Of a stretch of 64,000 bases of DNA, positions 51,601 through 64,000 are shown in pieces; positions within the stretch are counted from its first letter, which is position 1, and every line of letters begins with the position of its first letter. The stretch comes from Trichoplax sp. H2. Its lineage: Eukaryota. The notes under the pieces were generated by a model that worked only from the letters and a program-made list of their open reading frames with translations, ran no database searches and was not told where the DNA came from. The position numbers and the translations under genes were made by a program. The DNA is taken from positions 1 to 64,000 of the forward strand of contig NOWV01000234.1 of assembly GCA_003344405.1 (NCBI GenBank), in the 5' to 3' direction.

Positions 51601-53638
51601 ACTTCCGTGGATAATTTTTCTCTCTCAGCCAAATTGTTATCCTCTACTAATACCTTTAATTTTTTATTCTTGTCTTCTAGCTTCCATAATCGATCGTCTT
51701 TTTCCTTCATTTGTTGCTGAGAAGTCTGTAGATTCTCTTGGGTTTTTCTTAATCGTTCCCGTAAATTATTGACTTCCCTCATATGATTTTGAATTAAGCT
51801 TGGTAGCTCGGCATCTTGACCTTCGTATTTAGTCAAGGCTTTAGACTGTCGTTGCTGGACATTTTTAAGGATTTTATTTTCTTCTTTTAGGTCTTTAATT
51901 TGTCTTTTCATGTCGGCCAATTTATCTTGTAATTCGGTAATAACACTACGATTGGCATTAAGTAATTGTTGAGCGACAAAATCTTTCGGTTTACTTGTGT
52001 AATTATTGGTAGCACTTCCAGCATAGTGACGTTGAAGTCCGGCTACTTTTTTGGCATTTTTGGATTTATTTTTTCCTTCTAATCCAATGACAATAATAAA
52101 AAAAGTCATAATTAGAATTTTTAAAATGGATCTATCGTGATAGTATGGCTATTTCTGCCTTAATGACTTTGCAATTTCCCTTTCATTTGACATTTTAAGT
52201 GTAATTGAATATTAATGGCTAAAAGTCACGATTGCACTCGAGATCTATTGATAAATAGATGGCATCTTTCTATTTGGTTGTTTATGGATAGTGTTCTTTG
52301 CTTTAATGCTGGATAAATAGATACAGAATAAAAAGGATGGGCTAATATTTCGTACTTCAACTGTATAACATTTTAAAATAGAGATGGTATACTTTGATCA
52401 ATAAAATTGTGTAGATCGCGCCTACCCACAGATATTCTAGGATGTCATAAAATTTGTTGTGATTAATAATTTATTATGATATACAAAATAAAATGGATGA
52501 AAATATTGTTTTTACTTAAGCTGTACAACATTATAAAAGTAGAGATGATACGTCTTGGTCAATTAAATTGTGTAGATATTCTAGGGTGCCACAAAATAGG
52601 TTGTGGTTATATTTAATTTTGTATCCATCCAGTGATATTAATAAACATTAAAATAAAGGTAAATCTATTATTAATGATTGTCTAGGATAACGTAGGAACG
52701 GGATAACTTGGACAGAAACGAATGATGCTATTAAATATAATTATAGAAGACAAATTTTGTATTAGTTGACGAAACTACTAGTGTAATGTATCTATCAATT
52801 TTTCCTATATGTAGAAATGGAATAAAAATTTCTTTTCGTTCCATCGGTGGCTGTATCAATGCACTAATCGGACGCATTTCTTAATTTGCAATGTCTGTGA
52901 TGATACTCAAACATTGAACAAAACTACAAAAGAGCACAACACTAATTAGCCATTTTTTTTTGTCTAAGATTGAGTTTGGCCTATACAGTAGGTATTAATT
53001 TAATGACAACAAGTTCAGATTGGCAAGTTAAAGCTGTCAACGTCAGTACTAAAACGTGTTGTAGGTTAGGGATTTACCAGATTATTCAAACTGAAAAAAT
53101 TTCCATATTTCTAGCGATTGCATATGTACTCTTGCTGTGAGTTCATCATCTTGCTATCATTTTGTAATTAGTAAGCAAAAAATAGGACTATTATCATACT
53201 GCTGGTTCATCATGAAAGCAGATCATCAAAATGAGTCAGTTTACGTCTATTTAAACCCAAACAGTCCTAGAAGAATTTATCTTTAATTTATGTTACAGTC
53301 TATTCTGTTGTAAATCATCATGTAAAAAAGTTTTTTTATCACTTTAACACTTGATGACTACCCGTTCTTGGTATTTCTAACGCCATGATTTGATTATGCC
53401 AATCATTTTAGCAAAGCAGGATTGACCTACTTACAGAGATACATGACTTACTTGCTCTATTGGTTGAAAGCTTGCTGGTAGATCCTTTAAGGCCTTTTCG
53501 AGGCGATTTTGCTCGCTCAGGTGTTCTTGATCTTGATCGACTACGTAAGCTATTACCATCTTCAAAGTCATCGTCATAAGTAGAATAGTCATCTTCACTG
53601 TAACTTTTCGATGATTGCCGTGAATCGTAAGATGCCAT
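48678..53638 (-). CDS. LCA5: Lebercilin (LCA5/LCA5L family) ciliary coiled-coil protein
   Basis: Exons ~53638-53452, 52078-51555, 51002-50865 and 50192-48678, with a possible 15-nt micro-exon near 53363-53377 (start may be 53668). Family motifs ENKILKNVQQRQSKALTKYEGQDAELPSLIQNHMREVNNLRERLRKTQ and KEKERELDLLNIYS; long E/R/K-rich helix; acidic tail ending DDDLEEINL. Confidence 0.88.
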
Positions 53639-54447
53639 TCCAACAGGAGTTATCTGCTTCTCTTTCATCAATTGGAGTACAGTTTTTTGATAAATAAAAT
53701 AGTTACAGTATACGATGACTAGTTTAATGTGTGGGCAATATTTTGGATAGATTTGATTGAAGGATGAAATAGTTCAAAATCAAAGGAATAAAGAATAAAA
53801 TGAGCAAAACGCTGCCTGATGACTGATGAGATTAATTGTGTGTTGATACTATTAAGTTGATACTAGACTATTTACTAATAATCTTATATCTTGTATTCAA
53901 GGTGGTTCGGTCGTTCTTTTCTTGAGATAAATCGATTATTTTTATCCAGTACTCTGTTCTGAAGAGGTTGCTTAATTAAATTGGATAATGACAGCAAATT
54001 CCAGATACTTTATGATGATATTTCAATTCAACTTTTTTGAAGGTCGTGGCTTCGTCTTTTAAGGTGTAATGTTTTAAGTAGAAGAGGGATTTAATGTTGT
54101 TCACTCAAGACTGGCTTGATCTATTTTGGATACTGTATGATTGATGAATAAAATGGTTAATAATTTCAATACCTAATCAATTCGGTTTTTCTAGTAGGAT
54201 AAAGTAAAGGCTGGAGGCAAATAAGTTAGACGTCCATCGTGGATTTAACCAGTTGCGATTTGCTAACTTTCCAACTAATTTCAACTGTATTTGTATGTTT
54301 CTACGTCACTACTAATAGACGATTTGATATTAAAGCTTTAGGTAAAGTGATATTTCTATTTTAAGCCCGATCATATAATATTATATATGGGTAAAGTTGA
54401 ATATGCTACTCGAAATTAGCAACCCGATCATAAAGGAGTGTTATGGC

Positions 54448-54461
54448 GTTTCTATGGTAAC
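54448..54461. promoter_or_regulatory. RFX X-box upstream of lebercilin
   Basis: GTTTCT-AT-GGTAAC fits the 14-bp X-box consensus GTHNYY-AT-RRNAAC, ~0.8 kb 5' of the start codon of a ciliary gene. Confidence 0.7.
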
Positions 54462-54999
54462 CTACGCAACAAGCCCATTGTCAACATGGATGACTATTTG
54501 CATTCTGCTCCTGTCTTTACTATCTCGCTGGCAGCTTGTTTTACGACAGTGAATTCTCCTACTAGGTCATGAACGAATTGAAATAACTGTAGTCCAAGTG
54601 TAGATTTAAAATTGCATTGTTTGTACTCATTTTTGGCATTGTAGTATAAAGATTAGTAGGTCAGGCCAGGGACTTTCGATAAAAAACGATTCCTCAAAAA
54701 TGGAAGAAAGACTTTCATTTATATAGATTATTTTTTCATTTTTTAGGAATCATTTCTATCGAGAAGTCGCTGGCCAGACCATGGTCTGGTATAGCCAGCT
54801 ATGCATTGCAAAAAAAATAATATTTGTTTATGCTTGCTCGATATAACAGTATTTTTTACTGATATCTAACCGTAATTTGCTCGTCAACCTCGATGCATTT
54901 ATTCAAGTGGTGAGGGCATATTTATATATATATATACGCGTACTATATCTATACGTAATTTACTCCTTGATGCAGGCTGTTGGTCGTCTGGCCGATTTT

Positions 55000-55850
55000 G
55001 TAGTTAGTTTTCAAAGCTTTGGGGATATGTCTTATCATGAGAGTTGGATTTTAAGCAATTTCTTCACAAAGTATTGCACCTACTCATCAATGCTTGCTAG
55101 TTAGCTGTGCGTTATAAAATAGTACTTTGCGATAGATTATATACGCGTATATGCACGCGCTAGATATAGTGTTAACAAAACATAATTTATTTATCAACGC
55201 TGGCTACTTGTCTGAATTATTTTGTAGTCATTTATCAAAGTCTTGAGGATATATTTTATTATAAAAGTTGGGTTTTAAAATTACTTTTACGTAAAAATTT
55301 ACCTATTTATCAACGCTGGTAACTCATTGCCTATGCTATTTTGTAGTCAATTTTGTTAAGTATTGAGGACAGATTTTATCATGAGAGTTGAATTTTAAGT
55401 AATTTTAATATAAAGTTCTTTGCCTACTCATCAATACTTGCTAAAAGTATTGAGGATGAATTGTATCTTCAGCTTTGAGTTGGAAGCAATTTTTATATGA
55501 ACTTTGCCCACTCATTAATGCTTGTTAAAAGTATTGAGGCCATGTTTTATTATCAGATTTGAGTTGGAAGCAATTTTTATATAAACCCTTACGTACTTAT
55601 GAATGCTTGCTAAAAGTATTGAGGACATAATTGATCATCAGATTTGAGTTGGAAGCAATTTTTATATAAACTCTTGCGTACTCATGAATGCTTGCTAAAA
55701 GTATTGAGGACATGATTGATCATCAGATTTGAGTTAGAAGCAATTTAATATAAAACTTTACCTACTCATCAACGCCGGCTAACAGTTATCTGAAGTACAG
55801 TATTTGCAGGTATGCATTAAAGTTTTGAGGGTCAATTTTATCATGCTTCG
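55000..55850. repeat. Tandem repeat of ~85 bp (with older ~120-bp variants)
   Basis: AAAAGTATTGAGG...TTTGAGTTGGAAGCAATTT...ACTCAT.AATGCTTGCT at ~55443, 55527, 55613 and 55698; more degenerate copies from ~55010. Confidence 0.85.
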
Positions 55851-56431
55851 TTTCTATAAGTGATGAGCCACTAGTTGATAATATTTTATAATAAACTACA
55901 GCAGTCATTTTAGAATGGGTTGATACGATGCTAACAGAATATTTCCCGTTTATCAATGTTACGATATCATCGTAGCTCTTATATCATGCGATGTATCCGT
56001 ACCTACATAATGATACCGCATTTATGGTAGTGATGCTTTAACTTTAATTTAATATACTGGCAAATACAGGGTGAATGATCATGAAACACTATTATTAATC
56101 CAATGAACATAGTTATTCTATAAGAGATGCTGTATAGCATTTATACTGAGATTTTGATGTAATGCTTGCCTACTATGAAATCTGTTATTTTGGGAAAAAT
56201 TTTGTAGATTTCACTGCATTCATAAAATGTCTTGCGTCGTAGCAGCAAAACGAAATATTATTTGGGTAGTAAGAGCAGGAATAGCATAAACTGAATGGAC
56301 CATTATCCTGTTAGTACAACAGTAACGCTCAATATTATAGTAATATAAAATTGGCCAAGTTAAAATTGGAAATATTTCTTTTCATTGTAGCAAGTAATTG
56401 GAATTGATAGCATCTTCTTAAAGAGCAATTT

Positions 56432-58495
56432 TTAGTATCCTTTGCTACCACGGAATCGAGTTCGATTATCCAACTAAAACAGTAAATAGATAGAAGAAAA
56501 GTTAAATATCAAGTAAACCTGGGTGTTATTTTTTATACAGTAGATCGTCTTATTTTACAGCTATGTAGCACTTAATAAATTACACTGTCAAGCATCGAGC
56601 TGGCTGCATGCATTTCAATGGTCATTTATGCTAGTAGCCTATGAACTATAGTACTATATAACGACCGGTATATCAGTTCAATCAATTGGCATTTATCGAA
56701 TAGAACTAGGTCTTTTCATGAGTTATAATTGAAATCAGCTTGCTGTGATCAATGTTACAGTAATTTATCACGATGACACATGATACTATAACGAATAGTA
56801 GCACCCCCTTATCGAGCAAAAGGATAGACTTTTAAGGATTTCATTGGTTGAACAGGAAAAGTACATCCAATTATTTGAGGTGGAAAAGTATATCCTAACA
56901 AATCTAGCCTAGAGTACTCGTAACAATTGAAAGGGCAACATTGGGACATGATCATTCGCGTCTAGCGAGCGCTGTCTAAGGTATTTCTAGCATGCACTAA
57001 TCGAACCTAGTCATCGACTGTAATAGACTATCATGGTTTAATTATATGAGATGGGAAAGTATCTCCATGGTAAATCTAAAGGGGGCAGGGGTAACTCATT
57101 GCCTTGGTACATGATACTGTACATATAGCCAACTCTGTCTCTACGAAATGGAACATGTAAGGGTTGAATTATTTGAAATGGAAAAGAGTATCGATGATAA
57201 ATCGAGCCTTACACCAGTACTCGTAACCATCTGAAGAGCCACAACAACTAATAGCGTTGATATGTCGTTTGCATAACGTATTATGTCTTTACCCAATGTA
57301 ATAGCAGCCAGCAATGGAACATGTCAGGGTTGAATAATGTGAATGGAAGAAGTATATCCATGGCAAATCTAGCCTTAGGCAAGCACTCGTAACAATCTAA
57401 AGAGCAACAACATCTCACGGCCTTGATAGATGATACTGTATGTACTCGTATAACCAACTCTGTCTCTGCGAAATGGAACAGCAGGGCAGTTATGAAATAT
57501 ACTCGTAGAAGGGTTCAATTATTTGAAATGGAAAGGAGTATACGAATATCGATGGCAACTGTAGCCTTACGCAAGGTCTGTCAACAATCTGAAGAGCGAT
57601 AGTAACTCATCGGCATATGCTATTGTACGTATAACCAACTCTGTCTTGACCAAATCCAATAGTAGGCAATGATTAAACAGGTAAGGGTTAAATGCTATGT
57701 AATAGAAATGTACATCGATGGCAAATGTAGTCTTACGCAAGTACTGGCAACCATCTGAAGAGTAACAACAACTCATATTGCATTGACATAGGATATTGTA
57801 TGGACGTATAACCCATTCTGTTTTTGTGAGATTGAACCGTAGGCAGTTATGAAAGATAAATGTATGCTTTAAGGGTTGTCTACGTTGAAATGGACCAGTT
57901 GACGAAGGACAAATGTAGTTGCCAAGCATGATATGTACAATTGTACATAGGGTAGTATCCCTAGTACTACTAGCTTGTAGTGAAAGCATGAGTTTAATAG
58001 CATATCCTAGCAACTTACCAGCGATCGTTTACACTCGAAAAATGAATTTTGCAGTGTTCTACATTCATAAGGGACACCTTGATTTTCTTTCTTAAGGCAT
58101 TCCTTAGGGGTCCTACCGTGCTAGAATAAAAGATGATCCATCATTGGCAAGTTGTAGTGGATGATTCAATGTACTTTGATACAGCTTTAGACTATTTGTA
58201 GGAGTGGTAACCTACAAAGCAAAGAGTAAAGAGCTAGTTCGCTCTCTCATTGCTGACTACCTTACCTATTGCCAGTCCATCAGTCTACAGTAGGTGATTT
58301 AGTTATTAGAGTAAACTCAACACAAGTGAAAGAGATCGTTTGTATCCTAGCACTAGAGATGAAGAAGATCAAGTTTACCTTTTGCACACAATCACTAGCC
58401 AATAAACAATCGATTAACTCTTGTCTTAATCCAGCACAAGCTTTCCTGCCATATTTGCTAGGGGTTTCATCAGCAGCTTGAGGTTGGTCCGCCAT
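56432..58495 (-). CDS. COA5: Cytochrome c oxidase assembly factor 5 (Pet191 family, twin-Cys), 3 exons, 86 aa
   Basis: Exons 58495-58379, 58120-58019 and 56473-56432 give ...GRKACAGLRQELIDCLLASDCVQK-HGRTPKECL...ECRTLQNSFFECKRSL-LDNRTRFRGSKGY*. Confidence 0.95.
56840..57920. repeat. Degenerate ~150-200-bp tandem repeat filling COA5 intron 2
   Basis: Recurring GGGTTGAATTATTTGAAATGGAAA..TATCGATGGCAAAT.TAGCCTTAC...ACAATCTGAAGAGC and ACCAACTCTGTCT. Confidence 0.75.
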
Positions 58496-58846
58496 GAATG
58501 CAATTGAAATTGATTGGGTCGAATTCAACTCAGTGTTAAATGGAATATCGATGCAATAACACTCTTAATGGAATAAAAATAGCTTTGCCATGCAGATTAG
58601 CCTTCAATAACATCTATATCATGGCAATGGAAGGAGAAATGGAGCTTTCTTAACGTAGCTAACAATGCTGCAAGCGATCGATTTGGGTGCAACCCTTTCA
58701 ACTGGATTGGCAACCTTGAGTTTGCCTACTGATGACCATAGTGACGATAGGGTGGGTGCTAGAACGAGAGCTGGTGCTGAGTCTATTGAATGGATCCGAT
58801 AGGGCTTATGGGGCGTAGTTTACCTTGCGGTAAATGGCTTAATATG

Positions 58847-59737
58847 CTATATTAGACTTTATTCATGGATCTCCTAGCAAGAGTCTGTAGACCGATTGTT
58901 TTGCCATCTCATTTTATGAGCGTCGTAGGATACTTTTGGTGGCTTGCTTGATGCCTATATCCTAAGTGCTCACACCAAAATCGATGGACTATCCAATACT
59001 ATATAGTGGTAGGCAAAGATGGAGCAAGCATGTCGGGCTGAATCTCACTTACAGCAGCTATACTAGACTTTATTCATGGATCTCCTAGCAAGAGTCTGTA
59101 GACCGATTGGTTTGCCATCTCATTTTATGAGCGTCGTAGGATACTTTGCTAGCTTGCTTGATGCCCATATCCTAAGTGCTCACACCAAAGTCGATGGACT
59201 ATCCAATACTATATAGTGGTAGGCAAAGATGGAGCAAGCATGTCGAGCTGAATCTCACTTACAGCAGCTATACTAGACTTTATTCATGGATCTCCTAGCA
59301 AGAGTCTGTACAGCGATTGTTTTGCCATCTCATTTTATGAGCGTCGTAGGATACTTTGCTAGCTTGCTTGATGCCCATATCCTAAGTGCTCACACCAAAG
59401 TCGATGGACTATCCCATACTATATAGTGGTAGGCAAAGATGGAGCAAGCATGTCGAGCTGAATCTCACTTACAGCAGCTGCTACTTGGTCGTATACATAC
59501 TGTATATAATAATTAATATGCTATACTAGACTTTATTCATGGATCTCCTAGCAAGAGTCTGTAGAGCGATTGGTTTGCTATCTCATATTATGTGCGTCGT
59601 AGGATACTTTGCTTGATGCCTATATCCTAAGTGCTCACACCAAAGTCGATGGACTATCTAATACTATATAGTGGTAGGCAAAGATGGAGCAAGCATGTCG
59701 AGCTGATTCTCACTTACAGCAGCTGCTACTTGGTCGT
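58847..59737. repeat. ~210-bp satellite, 4 near-identical copies, immediately 5' of COA5
   Basis: Units begin CTATA.TAGACTTTATTCATGGATCTCC at ~58847, 59058, 59268 and 59521. Confidence 0.95.
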
Positions 59738-59939
59738 TTGTTACAGTGCTGTACTATAGAAGGCTTTGCATATCTCTATGCATTGGATGTGATTGCGAGC
59801 TGCTGCACAGCTGAAACTCAGGCTTAGCATGAAGCAGCTGCAGAGTTGCCGTTCTTGTGATACTGGACGCTGCTGTGCTATCCTTTGATGATCTGTATTA
59901 GTCTGTATACATCGATGTTGAACGCCAAAAGAAGAAAAT

Positions 59940-61645
59940 TAGCTTGCAAACATGGCCAACTGTACTCCTGTAGAATGGCTGTCTCCACAGTGGTGCGACT
60001 TAGTATGTACCTTACAACAAGCAAAATTTTGGTACTAGGGATGAGCGAAATTCAGACAGTTGCATACATGATGCAGCATTAGGTTTTTATTTCTGGGCTT
60101 GCAAACATGGCCGATTGTACTACTGTACTAATATGGCTGGCTGTACTACTATAGTATGACTGCAATCACAGTAGTGCGAAGAAATGAAACTTACAACAGT
60201 TGCATCCATGATGCTGCATTAGACCTCTATCTGACGTGAAATGAGGGCTTGCAAAACATGGCTGATTGTACTACTGTACGAGTAGGATTGCAACTGCAGC
60301 AATGTGACTTAGCATACTGTCTCTACATTCGAAGTACTGTACCTTACAACGAACAAACTTTGCACAAGTGATGAGCGAAGAAATAAAATTCACAACAGTT
60401 GCATGCATGATGCTGCATTGGACTTCTATCTGGCGTGGAATGGGTGGGCTTGCAAACATGGCTGACTGTACTACTTATAATAAATCCGTCTCACAATAAC
60501 TATCTTCGTCAAATGGTATTTTCTAAAAGGCTTTATTACAAGGTTTTAGGAATAGTAGAGCAATAACTAATTACTACAAGAATCGAGTCTAAAATCCAAA
60601 GTATTCCGAGCTCAAAGCGAAGTGAAGTCTCTTCTCTCCTGCCAGCTCATCTTTGCAGTTCTTATAAACATTTCGTTCAATTCATCGATGACAACTTGAG
60701 TCATCAAACAAAATACTTTTCTCTAATAACACATCATTATTTTCTACCATTTAAATCATTGCACTTAAGATGTTCCTACTCTTCTATGAACGTCTAGCTG
60801 CTTTCTCCGAAGGGCATCTTAACAACGACAGTGTTTCTAGCTACCTAAATCTTGTACCATAATGAGTCAACTGGCTACGATTAGTCATCAACAATTTGTA
60901 ACATAGTAGTTAGCAATCATTTAATATTAGCTTCATGATCATATCTATTCAAAGTAACCTAACTATATCAAATATGGTTATCCGTATAATCCAATATGGA
61001 TGCATGACTACATGTACTAGTATGGTTGCAATCACAGTAGAGCGAAGAAATGCAACTGACGACAGTTGCATGCATGATGCTGCATTGGACTTATTTCTGA
61101 AGTGAAATGAGTGGGCTTGCAAACATGGCTGATTGTACTAGTATGACCGCAACCGTAGCAGTGTGACTTAGTATACAGTATACCTTAAAACAAACAGACT
61201 TTTGCACAAGTGATGAGCGAAGAAATGAAACTGACGACAGTTGCATGCATGATGCTGCATTAGACTTCTTTCTGACGTGGAATGGGTGGGCTTGCAAATA
61301 TGGCTGACTGTACTAGTATGATTGCAACCACAGCAGTGTGACTTAGCATACTGTCTCCACCTTAAAAGTACTGTACCTTACAGCAAACAAACTTTGCACA
61401 AGTGATGAGCGAAGAAATTAGTTGCATGCATGATGCTGCATTGGACTTATTTCTGACGTGAGATGAGTGAACTTGCAAACATGGCTGATTAATTGTACTA
61501 CTATACTAGTATGATTGCAACCACAGCAGTGTGACTTAGCATACTGTCTACCTTAGAAGTACTGTGCCTGACAACAAACAAAACTTTGCACAAATAATGA
61601 GCGAAGAAATGAGTTGCATCCATCATGCTGCATTGGACTTTATTT
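59940..61645. repeat. ~150-190-bp satellite (GCTTGCAAACATGGCTGA...GTTGCATGCATGATGCTGCATT) split by a ~540-bp insertion
   Basis: Anchor GCTTGCAAACATGG at ~59942, 60097, 60247, 60448, 61115, 61290 and 61472. Confidence 0.9.
60475..61012. mobile_element. ~540-bp insertion, possibly a solo-LTR-like element
   Basis: Unique sequence splits a satellite unit between TGTACTAC and TGTACTAG. It is similar in size and strand bias to the 35517 LTR and shares a CAAATATGG.TAT motif at a similar distance from the right end. The right end is TACA, but no clean TSD is visible. Confidence 0.5.
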
Positions 61646-61995
61646 GTGGACGTGGGGTCAGTAGCCTCTCGTCTAGCTACGATTATCTGAGTACTATTGC
61701 GCTTAAGCTCGAGGTAAAGGAGCCCAATGACCACTCATGACCTTTCTTAGGTCTACATTGGATGCAATCGTTGTTATGCTACACATTGCTACAGTACAGT
61801 TGCTAGTTGCAAAGCATGCCCAGCACCACTTTGCACAAGATTGCCTTGAATAGTATCATCGGATAGCGTGATCATGATTGATGGATTTCAAGCCATACAA
61901 AACATTGGAGGCAGTATAGTACCGATAGTGAAGAATGCAACAGAAACAACCTTCCTGAAGAATGCATTGAGCTGTATGAAAGGAGAAAATGCCCC

Positions 61996-63600
61996 ATGCA
62001 AGACTGGAGCTCATCTCCATGACCACGGTTTGCAGGAGAGGCAAAGGCTGCAATCGACTCTGTCCAATTCCATCTACATGTACAGTAGAAGGAATAGAGT
62101 AGAGTATGCAAGACTGGAGCTCATCTCCATGACCACCGTTTCCAACTCCATACTACAGTAGAAGGAATAGAGTAGAGTATGCAAGACTGGAGCTCATCTC
62201 CATGACCACGGTTTGCAGGAGAGGCAAAGGCTGCAATCGACTCTGTCCAATTCCATCTACATACAGTAGAAGGAATAGAGTAGAGTATGCAAGACTGGAG
62301 CTCATCTCCATGACCACCGACCGTTTGCAGGAGAGGCAAAGGCTGCAATCAAGTCTGTCCAACTCCATAGCTAAAGGAGAAGGAATAGAGTAGAGTATGC
62401 AAGACTGGAGCTCATCTCCATGACCACCGACCGTTTGCAGGAGAGGCAAAGGCTGCAATCGAGTCTGTCCAACTCCATAGCTAAAGGAAAGGGAATAGAG
62501 TAGAGTATGCAAGACTGGAGCTCATCTCCATGACCACCGACCGTTTGCAGGAGAGGCAAAGGCTGCAATCGAGTCTGTCCAACTCCATAGCTAAAGGAGA
62601 AGGAATAGAGTAGAGTATGCAAGACTGGNNNNNNNNNNNNNNNNNNNNGCAATCGACTCTGTCCAATTCCAACTCCATACTACAGTAGAAGGAATAGAGT
62701 AGAGTATGCAAGACTGGAGGTCATCTCCATGGCCATCGTTTCCAACTCCATACTACAGTAGAAGGAATAGAGTAGAGTATGCAAGACTGGAGCTCATCTC
62801 CATGGCCATCGTTTCCAACTCCATACTACAGTAGAAGGAATAGAGTAGAGTATGCAAGACTGGAGCTCATCTCCATGGCCACCGTTTGTAGGAGAGGCAA
62901 AGGCTGCAATCGACTCTGTCCAACTCCATACTACAGGAGAAGGAATAGAGTAGAGTATGCAAGACTGGAGCTCATCTCCATGACCACCGTTTGTAGGAGA
63001 GGCAAAGGCTGCAATCGACTCTGTCCAACTCCATACTACAGTAGAAGGAATAGAGTAGAGTATGCAAGACTGGAGCTCATCTCCATGACCACCGTTTGTA
63101 GGAGAGGCAAAGGCTGCAATTGACTCTGTCCAACTCCATACTACAGGAGAAGGAATAGAGTAGAGTATGCAAGACTGGAGCTCATCTCCATGACCACCGT
63201 TTGTAGGAGAGGCAAAGGCTGCAATCGACTCTGTCCAACTCCATACTACAGGAGAAGGAATAGAGTAGAGTATGCAAGACTGGAGCTCATCTCCATGACC
63301 ACGGTTTGCAGGAGAGGCAAAGGCTGCAATCGACTCTGTCCAACTCCATCTACACGTACAGTAGAAGGAATAGAGTAGAGTATGCAAGACTGGAACTCAT
63401 CTCCATGACCACCGTTTACAGGAGAGGCAAAGGCTGCAATCGACTCTGTCCATCTGCATACTACAGGAGAAGGAATAGAGTAGAGTATGCAAGACTGGAG
63501 CTCATCTCCATGACCACCGTTTACAGGAGAGGCAAAGGCTGCAATCGACTCTGTCCATCTCCATACTAGAGGATATAGCTGCAGGAGAAGGAATAGAGAA
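61996..63600. repeat. Homogeneous ~105-bp satellite with 73-bp deletion variants; contains a 20-N gap (62629-62648)
   Basis: Unit GCAAGACTGGAGCTCATCTCCATGACCACCGTTTG.AGGAGAGGCAAAGGCTGCAATCGACTCTGTCCAACTCCATACTACAG.AGAAGGAATAGAGTAGAGTAT, about 16 copies. Confidence 0.97.
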
Positions 63601-64000
63601 GAGTATTTGCCTATTTTTGGACCACTGATCCAGTATACAATCCTGTTTGTCGCTTGATTTTCCATACAAATAGCAATTACACTCTGCTGTGTTTCAGCTA
63701 CACTAGGACCAAGCCAGGCCCAAGCCAAGCTGGCGCGTCCGTCCTCTTTCCTTCTGTCGGTCAAGATCATACAAGCTATCTGCCAGCGCTAACATGAGAT
63801 GAAAGTGGTCAAGCTATCCTATAGGCTAGTATACAATCAAGAATATCCTGTTACAAATCACTGTTATCGCTACTACTGTTTGAGTTCAAATGGAACAGCG
63901 CTACCTCCAGTATCCAACAGCTCGCCAGCGTTGGCCATCCACGTCCAAAAGGCAAAATTGGCCAGCAAGGAAGGCCAAAATTGATTTGCAATTGCTTTTC

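Noticed and set aside
61856..63770. Many overlapping ORFs with repeated peptides (YSRRNRVEYARLELISMTT..., WTESIAAFASP...)
   Set aside because: They result from a 105-bp (35-codon) satellite being open in several frames on both strands, and 73-bp variants break the frames.

Overview
This is AT-rich, intron-containing eukaryotic DNA, most consistent with a compact basal-animal genome. A placozoan (Trichoplax-like) origin is inferred from the short GT-AG introns and gene content but not proven. Housekeeping genes were reconstructed exon by exon: APEX1 (-, 11 exons, 318 aa) head-to-head with GET1/WRB (+, 6 exons, 173 aa) on the left, and LCA5/lebercilin (-) and COA5 (-) on the right. Between them (about 15-46 kb) lies a repeat-rich accessory cluster of same-strand paralogs sharing a TPR N-terminal exon, three of them starting Met-Gly. 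They form a nested series: TPR-only, TPR pseudogene, TPR-Roc-COR-Zn ribbon, and TPR-Roc-COR-Zn ribbon-Death domain. The last is split across several ORFs in the track, but splice sites join it into one ~1384-aa Roco protein in which every intron is phase 1. A 2.4-kb segment left of an assembly gap looks like a collapsed copy of the 22.5-48.2 kb region with both Roco genes deleted. Also present are a solo LTR with a 5-bp TSD, two short Helitron-like elements, several satellites, an RFX X-box upstream of LCA5 and a long hairpin between APEX1 and GET1. No rRNA, tRNA or CRISPR was recognised. All gene models come from reading the sequence by eye and need RNA-seq and HMM confirmation.
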